Shown here: positions 1 to 8,998 of the stretch, piece by piece
Layout of the letters: the number at the start of each line of letters is the position of its first letter
How positions within the stretch are numbered: position 1 is the stretch's first letter
Source: Candidatus Saccharimonadota bacterium
GTDB lineage: Bacteria > Patescibacteriota > Saccharimonadia > Saccharimonadales > UBA4665
Assembly (NCBI GenBank): GCA_029288365.1
Contig: JARIHI010000007.1
Coordinates: 38,464-102,463, forward strand
Reading direction: 5' to 3'
Length of the DNA stretch: 64,000 nucleotides
Notes under the pieces: generated by a model
What the model saw: the letters and a program-made list of their open reading frames with translations, nothing else
Told to the model about the DNA's origin: nothing
Database searches by the model: none
Program-made: the position numbers and the translations under genes

Positions 1-2
1 TC

Positions 3-476
3 CGCGTATCAGAGTTAGTCGGACTAGATAAAGACCACATTAACTTAAAACGACGCGAATTTACCGTACGTGGTAAAGGTCAAAAAGATCGACCAATTTT
101 TATAAGTGACGAAGCTGCTCAATGGCTAGAGCAATACCTCAGTAAACGCACCGATAATGTAAAGCCGCTGTTTGTACGATACAGTGGCAAAAAACAAGTC
201 GACTTAAGCGGTAACTATCATCGTTTAACAGCACGAAGCGTGCAACGGCTTGTGGCACGTTATGCGCTGCTCGCTGGCATTACAAAGCACGTTAGCCCAC
301 ATACTCTACGTCACTCTTTTGCTACTGATCTGCTTATGAACGGAGCCGATTTGCGTAGTGTGCAAGCTATGCTAGGCCACAGTAATATATCGACTACACA
401 AATTTATACTCATATAACAGATCCGCACCTAAAAAGCGTTCATGAACGCTTTCATGGTAAACAAGATGCTGAGTAA
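3..476 (+). CDS. Tyrosine recombinase, XerC/XerD family, C-terminal part (5' end lies outside the window)
   Basis: Frame 3 is open from base 3. The translation contains HTLRHSFATDLLMNGADLRSVQAMLGHSNISTTQIYTH, the catalytic R/H-x-x-R/Y signature of phage-integrase-type recombinases. Confidence 0.85.
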   Translation, partial: RVSELVGLDKDHINLKRREFTVRGKGQKDRPIFISDEAAQWLEQYLSKRTDNVKPLFVRYSGKKQVDLSGNYHRLTARSVQRLVARYALLAGITKHVSPHTLRHSFATDLLMNGADLRSVQAMLGHSNISTTQIYTHITDPHLKSVHERFHGKQDAE

Positions 477-482
477 AATTAA

Positions 483-1616
483 TTAGTCGCAACTAGATAA
501 ATCAGAACTGTAGCCCGGAGACATGATATAACGCTTGCAGATTGAATCTGAAGTCTGGAGAGCGTAGTCAGAGAAACTCTTATTGGTAGTACGAGAGCCG
601 CTGCCTACAAGCGGTACGCGTACTTGGATACGACGCAATACGTCTTGGGACTTACCTGTTGCGTCAATCACTGCTTGGGCTCGTGACAAAAAAGCTTCCC
701 CCGAGGCACCGTCTGCGTCAAGTGTTGTATCGCCTATTTTTACCGACACGGTACGAGAGTCTAAGTACACAGTCCGAATACGCAAGTACGCGCTTGAAAA
801 ATTCAAGCCATTTACAGTAAATTTACAGGCTTCTTCATCACATCCAGCGGCTTGTACTAGGCCTTGTGGTGCTCCGGCATTAGGAGTGTAAGCATTTTGG
901 CTGCCGTTGCCATATGTAATGGTGTCTCCTTCGCCGCCTGCCTTAGGATAAATAAAGGCTGTTAATGTATTTTTTCCAGCAACTATGGGATCGCTCAGAT
1001 TTTCAGAAGTGGTAGGAACAATATCCATGCGCAACACGCCAAACGGACACCTACTTGACCAGTTGGATGAAGTCGGGAAATTTGTCCACTGTATGCCCGG
1101 AGCAGTTCGTGGCTTGGGGCAAGTCGCAGGTTTTGTGCTATTTCCGTTACCTGCGGTGCGGTGCCAGGAAATAGTCATCGTATTGATAACCGTTGCAGCA
1201 CCATCTGCTGTCACGGCATTGAGAGGTATAGCAAGTGAGGTATCGGCTACATTTGAGTACAGCAGCTCGTCAGGGACAGGATTTACTGTTAGGCAGGTGT
1301 AGGCTATCTCATTTGCTGCATCCACTTTCCCGTCGTCTTTAGTATATTCACCGCTACAAGTATCTTGTTTTGGCACCGGTTCGGCGCGATTTATCTTTTT
1401 GGTAATTTCTCTCATGGCATCATTGATGCCCGTCTCTGCCGCATAAAATGCTTGGCTACTTAGCTGACGATCCAAAGCTTCTCGATTGTTACGCCGTGAT
1501 ACCTGTGAAAATCCTAAAACTACTAAGCTAATAACCATGATGAATACGATGGTTACCGTAATAGACACCATGCCATCCTGACGCTTACGATGTAGATGAG
1601 GCCGTTTTATAGTCAT
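483..1616 (-). CDS. PilX-like pilus-associated protein (N-terminal membrane anchor, no E+5)
   Basis: The N-terminus (RKRQDGMVSITVTIVFIMVISLVVLGFSQVSRRNNREA...AFYAAETGINDA) resembles the PilX_N domain. It is the last gene of the pseudopilin cluster. Confidence 0.55.
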   Translation of the reverse strand: MTIKRPHLHRKRQDGMVSITVTIVFIMVISLVVLGFSQVSRRNNREALDRQLSSQAFYAAETGINDAMREITKKINRAEPVPKQDTCSGEYTKDDGKVDAANEIAYTCLTVNPVPDELLYSNVADTSLAIPLNAVTADGAATVINTMTISWHRTAGNGNSTKPATCPKPRTAPGIQWTNFPTSSNWSSRCPFGVLRMDIVPTTSENLSDPIVAGKNTLTAFIYPKAGGEGDTITYGNGSQNAYTPNAGAPQGLVQAAGCDEEACKFTVNGLNFSSAYLRIRTVYLDSRTVSVKIGDTTLDADGASGEAFLSRAQAVIDATGKSQDVLRRIQVRVPLVGSGSRTTNKSFSDYALQTSDSICKRYIMSPGYSSDLSSCD

Positions 1617-1640
1617 ATTGCTTATGTTCTTCCTGCTTTA

Positions 1641-2357
1641 TTATAACCTACGTTGCACTGTTGTGGTAAGTTCACTAATCGCACAGTATTGATTACCCTT
1701 CTCACCCTTACATTGTAGGTCCGGGCTTTCAAGCTGAGAAGGAGTAAGTACTGTTGCATTGTTACAGTTACCAGCAGCTGTGGTACATAGTAAGTCGTCA
1801 TCACCGTATACAACCCGTACGCTTATTTCCCAAAGTCCTGTAAGCGGATCCTTCTCAGTGATGTTAAATTTCGATAGACGCATGTTAGTCCCAAGTAATT
1901 CTTGTCCTCCTGGCGTTGCAGCGCTTGATACGTCCTGGGCTTCACCGAAACAACCTGTACCGGTTGAGTCTCCGACGAGCGCGTATCGGGTTGTTGTGCC
2001 GCTCACTTCACCGGTCAATTGCTTACCTAAAACATAGCTATAGCGCGTATAGCCTACGCACCAGCCTTTTTTACCCCCAGCTGTTAACGGAGTTGGTACA
2101 TCTCCTCCGGCAAACTGCACCGTTTGAGAAACAGAGTCAATAATACTTCGAGCGGTATTCTGCGTATTGGTAGCCGTAACACTCCGCTGGAAGTTGGTTG
2201 TAAATCGCACCACCGCTCCGGCGGCTACTAACATAATGACGGAAAAAACTATTGTAGCGACCATTAACTCAACGATGGTAAAGCCACGTTGCCTGGTATT
2301 TGAGGTTGGTGATTTAATGCCGCCGAAATTGGTAGGCAGCAAATCTACCATAAGCAT
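1641..2357 (-). CDS. Prepilin-type minor pilin (pseudopilin)
   Basis: Class III signal: RQRG|FTIVELMVATIVFSVIMLVAAG with Glu at +5. Start set to the internal Met (MLMVDLL...), not the longest ORF (2420). Confidence 0.7.
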   Translation of the reverse strand: MLMVDLLPTNFGGIKSPTSNTRQRGFTIVELMVATIVFSVIMLVAAGAVVRFTTNFQRSVTATNTQNTARSIIDSVSQTVQFAGGDVPTPLTAGGKKGWCVGYTRYSYVLGKQLTGEVSGTTTRYALVGDSTGTGCFGEAQDVSSAATPGGQELLGTNMRLSKFNITEKDPLTGLWEISVRVVYGDDDLLCTTAAGNCNNATVLTPSQLESPDLQCKGEKGNQYCAISELTTTVQRRL

Positions 2358-2461
2358 AAGTACTACTGTAATGCATTCACCTTGTAAGAGCAAGTAACAA
2401 ACTAGACATACCGGGCCCATGCGTGGTATGATTTTTTATAGATAAGTATAAGCTTTTTCAT

Positions 2462-2950
2462 ATGGCAACTATTTCAAAAAAAACTCTGGTGATTGCAGGT
2501 AGCGTGGTGGTTTTTGGCGTTTGCACAGGCGTAATTGGTTACGCCGTCGGGCACAAGGATACTTTCCCTACTAAATCTTCTAACCTTTCGAGTTCTGATA
2601 CTAGCGCTTCGGCACTTGAACGTGCAACAAAACCACCGAAAGGCGCAGTAAGCCCTACGGCTATTTCTAAAAATATTAGTGACTATGTTGACAAAGAAGT
2701 AACTGTCTATGGTCTTGTAACCAGAGTTAACGCCGCTACCTACTTAATAGTAGGTCAAGAAGCAAAAAATCCGGGAGGACTTCCAGCTGACTTCAGTAAA
2801 GCCAACATTGATCCAGATAAATACGCAAATATACCACCGGCTGCCACCAGCACCACTCCGCCCACCTTAAAGCCCGCCGTTACTATAACCGGCACTATGA
2901 AACGTACCGATAAAAGCATTACACTAGTAGTAAGCTCGGTCAAAGAATAA
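2462..2950 (+). CDS. Hypothetical membrane-anchored protein, opposite strand inside the pseudopilin cluster
   Basis: 162-aa ORF with one N-terminal TM helix (LVIAGSVVVFGVCTGVIGYAV), a Ser/Thr-rich linker and a small C-terminal domain. No family recognised. Confidence 0.5.
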   Translation: MATISKKTLVIAGSVVVFGVCTGVIGYAVGHKDTFPTKSSNLSSSDTSASALERATKPPKGAVSPTAISKNISDYVDKEVTVYGLVTRVNAATYLIVGQEAKNPGGLPADFSKANIDPDKYANIPPAATSTTPPTLKPAVTITGTMKRTDKSITLVVSSVKE

Positions 2951-3006
2951 AATTAACTTTCTAAGCAGCTTATATAATTTGGAGCTGTACTGCTGTGAGT
3001 TTTTGG

Positions 3007-4290
3007 CTACGAAGGACAGACATTCGCTGTATATGCATCGCCGTAGTACCCGAGATAATCGCCGTAGTACCCGAGATAATCAGCATAATAGCCCAGATAA
3101 TCAGCATAATAACCGGTAGACACCCATGCTGTCACCCAGACCCATCGCTCAAAGAACATTGGGGAGCCGCCTAAGTCGGGACGAGCTCTGTACTCAACTG
3201 TTTGGCCATTTTCGGTTTGTCGAAATGTACTATTACCGACTCCTCCTATGCGCCTGTCTGGTCCTGGATGATCCCACCATGCCGCCCAGTAGCCATGGTC
3301 ATAGGCTGCTGTGTAGTGATGGTACGGCGCTGTGTAGTGATCATATGACGCGCTATAGTGATTATATGGTGCTGTATAGCGTGTTTCGGTGCCACAGATT
3401 GGCCTTATTGTAAGTTGAGGCGTAACCGGATAAATGGTAGTGGTAGCATTTAGAGTACCTGTTTGAGCGCTACCACTACATACCTGATAACCTGATGGCA
3501 CCCCTGTTATAGTTGCTGTATAGTTAGTGCCTGGCACTATTTTATTTACATCCTGAAACACTGCCTCAGAGCTTGTATTGGTCAAGAGTGTTTGGTTAAA
3601 GCCTCCTCCAGTTAACCGCACTGAGGTACCGCTTCGATTTTCGTAAGCAGTACTACTACAGCTGGGTGTCGTTTGGCTCGCTGTAGGCCTGATTTTAAGT
3701 ACCTGAGCCCGGACTTGAGGCGGTGCGGCCACACAATTAGGCGGAGTACCCACTTTACCCTCCCCACAACTGCCTCCCTCGCGGCGATCTTCTGCAGGAT
3801 CATCTCGTTTATAAATCTTATAAGTTACTTCTACTTTGCCTGGGTCTTTAGGCTTACCTGTAACAGGATCAATTGATGAAGTGAGTGTTTCCCAGGTTAC
3901 CGTCGCCTTGGCGAGAATATAGGAGCCGTCTGCTGCTTTCGTAAGTGTGATATTTTGGTTATACTGAGCAGCTCCTGCGCTGTCAGAGTACGTACATGCC
4001 GCATTGTTACTCGGTAGCTGCGTAACACTATTCTGCATACAAACATTACCTGAAGCCAAAGAATCCCAATCAACCGCTGCAAATGATTTTACGTATTCTA
4101 TTTGACTCTGAGCAAGCCGTAATGCGACTGCATTTTCCTTCGTTGTTTGCAGATTTTTGGTATTACGCCCAGCTAGTACTGAAGCACCCCCGATAACTAA
4201 GCCTAACACCGTAAGGCATAAAAGTACCTCAACGATTGTATCGCCGGTTTCAGACGTAAGTCGTTGTAGGTGTTTTTTGGTGCCCATCAT
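3007..4290 (-). CDS. Large pseudopilin with a tyrosine-rich repeat C-terminus
   Basis: Prepilin-like N-terminus SETG|DTIVEVLLCLTVLGLVIGG with Glu at +5. The 4-nt overlap with the upstream pseudopilin gene suggests coupling. The C-terminus carries YTAPY(N/H)HY..YDH x2 and GYY(A/G)DYL x4. Confidence 0.7.
   Translation of the reverse strand: MMGTKKHLQRLTSETGDTIVEVLLCLTVLGLVIGGASVLAGRNTKNLQTTKENAVALRLAQSQIEYVKSFAAVDWDSLASGNVCMQNSVTQLPSNNAACTYSDSAGAAQYNQNITLTKAADGSYILAKATVTWETLTSSIDPVTGKPKDPGKVEVTYKIYKRDDPAEDRREGGSCGEGKVGTPPNCVAAPPQVRAQVLKIRPTASQTTPSCSSTAYENRSGTSVRLTGGGFNQTLLTNTSSEAVFQDVNKIVPGTNYTATITGVPSGYQVCSGSAQTGTLNATTTIYPVTPQLTIRPICGTETRYTAPYNHYSASYDHYTAPYHHYTAAYDHGYWAAWWDHPGPDRRIGGVGNSTFRQTENGQTVEYRARPDLGGSPMFFERWVWVTAWVSTGYYADYLGYYADYLGYYGDYLGYYGDAYTANVCPS
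3040..3123. repeat. Tandem 21-bp coding repeat, about 4 copies
   Basis: gccgtagtacccgagataatc occurs at 3040-3060 and identically at 3061-3081. Two diverged copies follow (agcataatagcccagataatc, agcataataaccggtagacac). It encodes the GYYxDYL heptads on the minus strand. Confidence 0.8.
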
Positions 4291-5102
4291 GAATCACTAC
4301 AATCTATTGTGTTCTTTATTGCTAGTGTAACAGAATTCATGCGTTTTAAGCCACCTATAGTAACTAAAGCCGACTGATCAGTACCACCGCTCCGGAAGCA
4401 TACTTGTATGCCATTATCTGGGTTTCTATGGTTATATCCTGCCACTATATTGCTATTGATAACGCTAGCTCCTAAACCGCCCCCCTCTATAGGTACTATT
4501 TGCGTATCTTGCGAGCCATACACCAGGCCATCAACACCACCGCCAAAGTACGGTACAAAAGCTATAGAATTCACGGGATTGCCGTCAAGCCTCGCCCACT
4601 CTTTAGTTAAACCGTATTTTAAGCCCACAGTCTGGGTAGCATTTGTACGAACGATGGGCACGGCATCTTCAAATGATTGAGCCGTATAATCACTTCTTAT
4701 GGAAGAATACTTATTTCCGGCAAGTGAATAAACAAAATATTTCTCAGTATCAAACTGTACAACTTTACCAAGAGAAACACACTTACCATTAGTGCCTTGG
4801 CTTGTGCTAGGTGTAGGATTTGCTGCACACGTAAAACCGCTTGTATCTGGAGAGTACCCACTTTGAACTTCGTTGATTATCTGTTCTATTTCAGTTTGCA
4901 TAGCATTTGCAGCTTGGTTAAACTGGGTTTTACTTTGTCGCCCGGATACAATCCCTACTATTGACACGAACATAACGCCAGTAATGGCCAATACAATAAG
5001 TGTTTCCACCACAGTAAAACCACCCATAGCTTGCGGAATTACCCGTACGTTTTGAGAAGTTTTTTTCTTTCTTAACAGTAGATGATACGTGTCACCTATC
5101 AT
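4287..5102 (-). CDS. Prepilin-type minor pilin (pseudopilin)
   Basis: QAMGG|FTVVETLIVLAITGVMFV with Glu at +5. Start set to Met at 5102 (basic leader), which removes the overlap of the longest ORF with pilD. Confidence 0.7.
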   Translation of the reverse strand: MIGDTYHLLLRKKKTSQNVRVIPQAMGGFTVVETLIVLAITGVMFVSIVGIVSGRQSKTQFNQAANAMQTEIEQIINEVQSGYSPDTSGFTCAANPTPSTSQGTNGKCVSLGKVVQFDTEKYFVYSLAGNKYSSIRSDYTAQSFEDAVPIVRTNATQTVGLKYGLTKEWARLDGNPVNSIAFVPYFGGGVDGLVYGSQDTQIVPIEGGGLGASVINSNIVAGYNHRNPDNGIQVCFRSGGTDQSALVTIGGLKRMNSVTLAIKNTIDCSDS

Positions 5103-5143
5103 GTGCTTAAGTATACCATAAGCGTTACAAGCAGTTGTACAGG

Positions 5144-5980
5144 TTACACTGATATTACTAGATGGGTATACCAATCAAGGATATCAGTCCCAAAAAGTAC
5201 CACAATCACCGTAGCTGCAATCAGGAAAGGCCCGAAAGGAATATGGAGCTTGCGGTTCAGTTTTTTCTTGCCTGACAGCGAAAGTATGACAGCATATCCA
5301 GTAGCGAGAGAAGATGCCAGGAATAACAGTAAAAGAGCCTGCATAAATCCACCAGCGAGTAGGCCGAGCAATATTGCAAGTTTTACATCGCCGCCCCCAA
5401 TCCATTTACCGCCGGAAACTTGATAAATAGTATAAAATAAGCCGAATATTGTAATAGCGCCTATAGCCGAACCTACGAGGATATCTCCGCTATGTTGCTG
5501 TATGGCAATTAATCCTATTAGTATCGAACCCAGTACTGTCAAAGGCAAAATAACTTTATCTGGCAGTATGTACCAACGAATATCGTAGACTGATAGTGTC
5601 AAAAAGCCCGTTACCACTAGAGCCCAGATTGAAAATATACTACCTTCCAGAATAGATCCTGGTGCTCCGTGTGGCCACCATATGTAAGAAACTACCAAAA
5701 CCGTTGCTCCTACCAGTTCAACAAGCGGATACTGCCATGAGATTGGATTTTTACAATAACGACACCTGCCCCTTAAACTTATCCAGCTAAAGAGCGGTAC
5801 AAGATCTTTAGCTGCCAATTGGTGCCTACACTCTGGACATTGTGATCGTCCTTTACTTATAGATAATTCTCGCAGCTTCTTCTGACTTGTAGTCCCTGTT
5901 TGTTCGTGAAGCCTCCACACGCATGCATTTACGAAACTCCCTAAACAAAGGCCAAACACAATGAGAAATACAGTAACCAT
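5144..5980 (-). CDS. pilD: Prepilin peptidase / N-methyltransferase (peptidase A24)
   Basis: Has N-terminal Cys pairs (CPECRHQL...CRYCKNPISWQYPLVEL), is polytopic, and carries the GGGDVKL second catalytic-Asp motif. Confidence 0.9.
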   Translation of the reverse strand: MVTVFLIVFGLCLGSFVNACVWRLHEQTGTTSQKKLRELSISKGRSQCPECRHQLAAKDLVPLFSWISLRGRCRYCKNPISWQYPLVELVGATVLVVSYIWWPHGAPGSILEGSIFSIWALVVTGFLTLSVYDIRWYILPDKVILPLTVLGSILIGLIAIQQHSGDILVGSAIGAITIFGLFYTIYQVSGGKWIGGGDVKLAILLGLLAGGFMQALLLLFLASSLATGYAVILSLSGKKKLNRKLHIPFGPFLIAATVIVVLFGTDILDWYTHLVISV

Positions 5981-6001
5981 TAGCAGTAACTATAACACAA
6001 T

Positions 6002-6028
6002 AAAACAGGCTCTCTAAGAGCCTGTTTT
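6002..6028 (-). terminator. Rho-independent terminator after pilA
   Basis: aaaacaggctct-ctaa-gagcctgtttt is a perfect stem of about 11 bp. On the minus strand it is followed by TTTTATT, about 50 nt after the pilA stop. Confidence 0.6.
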
Positions 6029-6078
6029 ATATGGGGCAATACTAACAACCTGGAGAAAGATTGTTCTTCTTGTAACTA

Positions 6079-6564
6079 TTATCCTTCGATACAGTTTTTA
6101 GCAGGAGTGCCTGAAGTTTCGACGTTGTAAATGATAGCCATTGAACGTGTACTTGCACTACCTAGACCAGTACCAGCGTCGTTACATTTATAGCCAGTAA
6201 CTACGCGGATTTTTCCTGTATCGGCACCGGTTGTGCCCAAGTTATCAGTGGTGCCACTTGTAACCTCTGTACCAGCTTTCACTTTGCCCGTAGTTGACGT
6301 AAGACCAGTCTTGCTAACAGTTACTTGTCCATCGGCATCAGCACTTACGGTAGTTGGATTTTTGCCATTATTGGCACCCTGAAATTCACCTATAGCACCC
6401 GATACTGCTGAGGCATCATTTTTGATAGCTGTATTTCTTGAACCCCGTTGAAGTGCTGGTACAGCTAAAAGAACGACTAAAATAATAAGTCCGGCAATGG
6501 CAATCACAATCATCACCTCGATGATGGTGAAGCCGTCTTTACGTTTTTGAAGATTAGTTAGCAT
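6079..6564 (-). CDS. pilA: Major type IV pilin
   Basis: MLTNLQKRKDG|FTIIEVMIVIAIAGLIILVVLLAVPALQRG is a canonical short leader with F+1 and E+5. The gene is small (161 aa), has its own terminator, and has two C-terminal Cys. Confidence 0.8.
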   Translation of the reverse strand: MLTNLQKRKDGFTIIEVMIVIAIAGLIILVVLLAVPALQRGSRNTAIKNDASAVSGAIGEFQGANNGKNPTTVSADADGQVTVSKTGLTSTTGKVKAGTEVTSGTTDNLGTTGADTGKIRVVTGYKCNDAGTGLGSASTRSMAIIYNVETSGTPAKNCIEG

Positions 6565-6659
6565 TGCAAATGCCCCCTTTGCGCTTATGTTAAATCTCTA
6601 CATGATAGTATAGGAGCTACTTTCAAAAAAGCAATAGTGTTTTTCCACAGTGATCGATG

Positions 6660-7883
6660 CTACACCAGCGAATCACCCGATAGTGTATATACTGGCAATA
6701 ACACCGCGGCAACGATTATAAGCGCCAAAATACCCATAACTACCATTAGGACTGGCTCAATGATGGTAGAAATAGCCTTAATCTGATCATCTACCTCTTT
6801 TTCATAGTAATCGGCAGTCTTGGCCATCATTGACTCGGTTGAACCCGACTCCTCACCAATATGGAGCATGCTTGGTACAAGCTCTAGGAAGTTATCATTG
6901 CCTTCAAGCGTCGTAGATAGAGCTTTACCGCCCTTAACTTTTTCAATAGAATTCGCAAGCGAGGACTTTATGTGCACATTGTCAACGGCATCTCCGGTGA
7001 TTTCTAATACTCGGATAAGCGGTACGCCGCTCCCAACAAGCGTAGCGCCCGTACGAGCAAAACGAGCCATATACAATTTCATATATAGCGGTCCGATGAG
7101 CGGTGCTCTCATTTTAAATCGATCTACAGCTGCTTTGCCGGGACCAGTCCGAGCCCATCGGGTCATGAAAAAGCCTGTTACTCCGAGCACTATAGCTAGT
7201 GCCCACCAAAAATGTTTAATAACATCCGAAACGAACAGCAATAGGCGCGTGAATATAGGCAACTGAGCACCCTGTATACCGTCATACAACGCTTCTACCT
7301 GTGGCAGAACAGTAACCAACATATATATGACAACGCCCGTCATAACTACAAGTACGATAATTGGATAAATAAACGCGTTACGTACCTTACTAATAATATC
7401 TGCGTCTTTTTCTTGCTGAATTGCCAAACGCTCCAGTGATTTATCGAGTGTACCTGAAGTTTCTCCTGCCTCTACTAGGCTAATGTACACCGCATTGAAT
7501 ACTCTTGGGTGTTTCGCAAGTGCTTTTGACAAGGCAGAACCGGCCTCCACATCAGCGATAACTTGATCAATAACAATACGAAATTGCTTACTTTTTGTCT
7601 GTGCCGCCACATTCCGCAAAGCCTGTATAAGGGGCAAGCCAGCATTAATAAGAGTAGAAAGCTGCCTAGAGAAAAGTACTTTTTCCTTTATTTTGACACG
7701 CTTTCGTCGCAAAGACGAAGGCACCAATGAGCCACCCTCACTATCGCCGACGGAAATATCCAGTGGAACCAAACCTTCTTTTTTAATCAAGGCAGCTGCG
7801 GCAGATTCGCTGTCAGCCTGCACACTGGCTTTTACAGTTTTACCCGTTGAAGGTTCACGAGCCGTATAGTTATACAACAGCAT
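6660..7883 (-). CDS. pilC: Type IV pilus platform protein (GspF family)
   Basis: 407 aa with duplicated GspF-like halves and three TM segments. It sits between pilT and pilA. Confidence 0.9.
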   Translation of the reverse strand: MLLYNYTAREPSTGKTVKASVQADSESAAAALIKKEGLVPLDISVGDSEGGSLVPSSLRRKRVKIKEKVLFSRQLSTLINAGLPLIQALRNVAAQTKSKQFRIVIDQVIADVEAGSALSKALAKHPRVFNAVYISLVEAGETSGTLDKSLERLAIQQEKDADIISKVRNAFIYPIIVLVVMTGVVIYMLVTVLPQVEALYDGIQGAQLPIFTRLLLFVSDVIKHFWWALAIVLGVTGFFMTRWARTGPGKAAVDRFKMRAPLIGPLYMKLYMARFARTGATLVGSGVPLIRVLEITGDAVDNVHIKSSLANSIEKVKGGKALSTTLEGNDNFLELVPSMLHIGEESGSTESMMAKTADYYEKEVDDQIKAISTIIEPVLMVVMGILALIIVAAVLLPVYTLSGDSLV

Positions 7884-7907
7884 CAGGAGTGTTTCCTTAT
7901 ACTCATA

Positions 7908-8984
7908 TTAGCCTCTCATCAGTCTATCTAATTCTTCAATATCCACCGCAACATTACGAGCTTCTTCATAGGTAATAGTCCCATTATGTATTAATGTGGC
8001 CAATGTCTTATCCATAGACTGCATACCGGCTTCTGCGCCTGTTTGAATCACTGCTTCAAGTTGGTGTGTCTTGCCTTCACGAATAATATTGCGTACCGCT
8101 GAATTGGCAATCAAAATTTCCGCTGCTGCGATACGTCCGCCACCTATAGCTGGCACTAATCGCTGTGAACAAATAGCCATCAAAATATTGCTGAGCTGTG
8201 TACGAATTTGAGCTTGCTGGTGCGGCGGAAAGACATCTACCATACGATCAATACTTTGGGCTGCCGAGTTAGTGTGTAGCGTTGCAAACACTAAATGGCC
8301 TGTTTCTGCTATTGTAATAGCACTGGCAATCGTCTCAAGGTCACGCATCTCTCCTAGAAGCACCACGTCAGGGTCTTGGCGTAGGGCTGAACGAAGTGCC
8401 GCCGAAAACGAATAAGTATCATAATGCACTTCACGCTGCACGATAACTGATTTTTTCGATTTGTGCGTATACTCAATTGGGTCCTCAATAGTAATAATAT
8501 GCGTGGCTCTTTCGGTATTGATCTTGTTGATCAAGGCAGCTAGTGAGGTAGACTTACCAGAGCCGGTGGGACCAGTCACTAATACCAAGCCTCGAGGATA
8601 TTCGGCAAACGTATTCACTATCTGGGGCAGCTTTAATTGTTCAATAGTAAGAATATCCGTTGGAATAAGACGTAAAGCCGCCGCTAAGTTACCTCGTTCA
8701 TGAAATGCGTTAACACGGAATCGACCCAGATCACCAAAAGCAAAGCTAAAGTCGAATTCTTTGTCTTTCAATAATATCTGTTTTTGATCTTCGTCTAAAA
8801 TAGCAAATATTAAAGCTTCGATTGTTTCATCGTTTAAGGGGTCTGCCCCCGTAACAGGAACTAGAGCACCATCCACGCGAAGCATTGGCGGCAGTCCTAC
8901 TTGCAAATGCAAGTCAGACGCCTTCTTTTTGATAACTTCTTCGAGTAAAACTTCGATTCTTGGTTGTGTACTTGCCATTACCAC
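7908..8984 (-). CDS. pilT: Twitching-motility retraction ATPase
   Basis: Walker A GPTGSGKSTSLAALIN, Asp/His boxes, and the PilT-type AVRNIIREGKTHQL motif. 358 aa. Confidence 0.9.
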   Translation of the reverse strand: MVMASTQPRIEVLLEEVIKKKASDLHLQVGLPPMLRVDGALVPVTGADPLNDETIEALIFAILDEDQKQILLKDKEFDFSFAFGDLGRFRVNAFHERGNLAAALRLIPTDILTIEQLKLPQIVNTFAEYPRGLVLVTGPTGSGKSTSLAALINKINTERATHIITIEDPIEYTHKSKKSVIVQREVHYDTYSFSAALRSALRQDPDVVLLGEMRDLETIASAITIAETGHLVFATLHTNSAAQSIDRMVDVFPPHQQAQIRTQLSNILMAICSQRLVPAIGGGRIAAAEILIANSAVRNIIREGKTHQLEAVIQTGAEAGMQSMDKTLATLIHNGTITYEEARNVAVDIEELDRLMRG

Positions 8985-8998
8985 CCTCGCTATATAGG

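Noticed and set aside
1-476. The Xer-type recombinase as the integrase of a mobile island carrying the pilus locus
   Set aside because: Only the C-terminal fragment is visible. It is convergent with the pil genes, no att-like repeats or tRNA are present, and the motif set fits a chromosomal XerC/D as well as an integrase. The evidence is insufficient.
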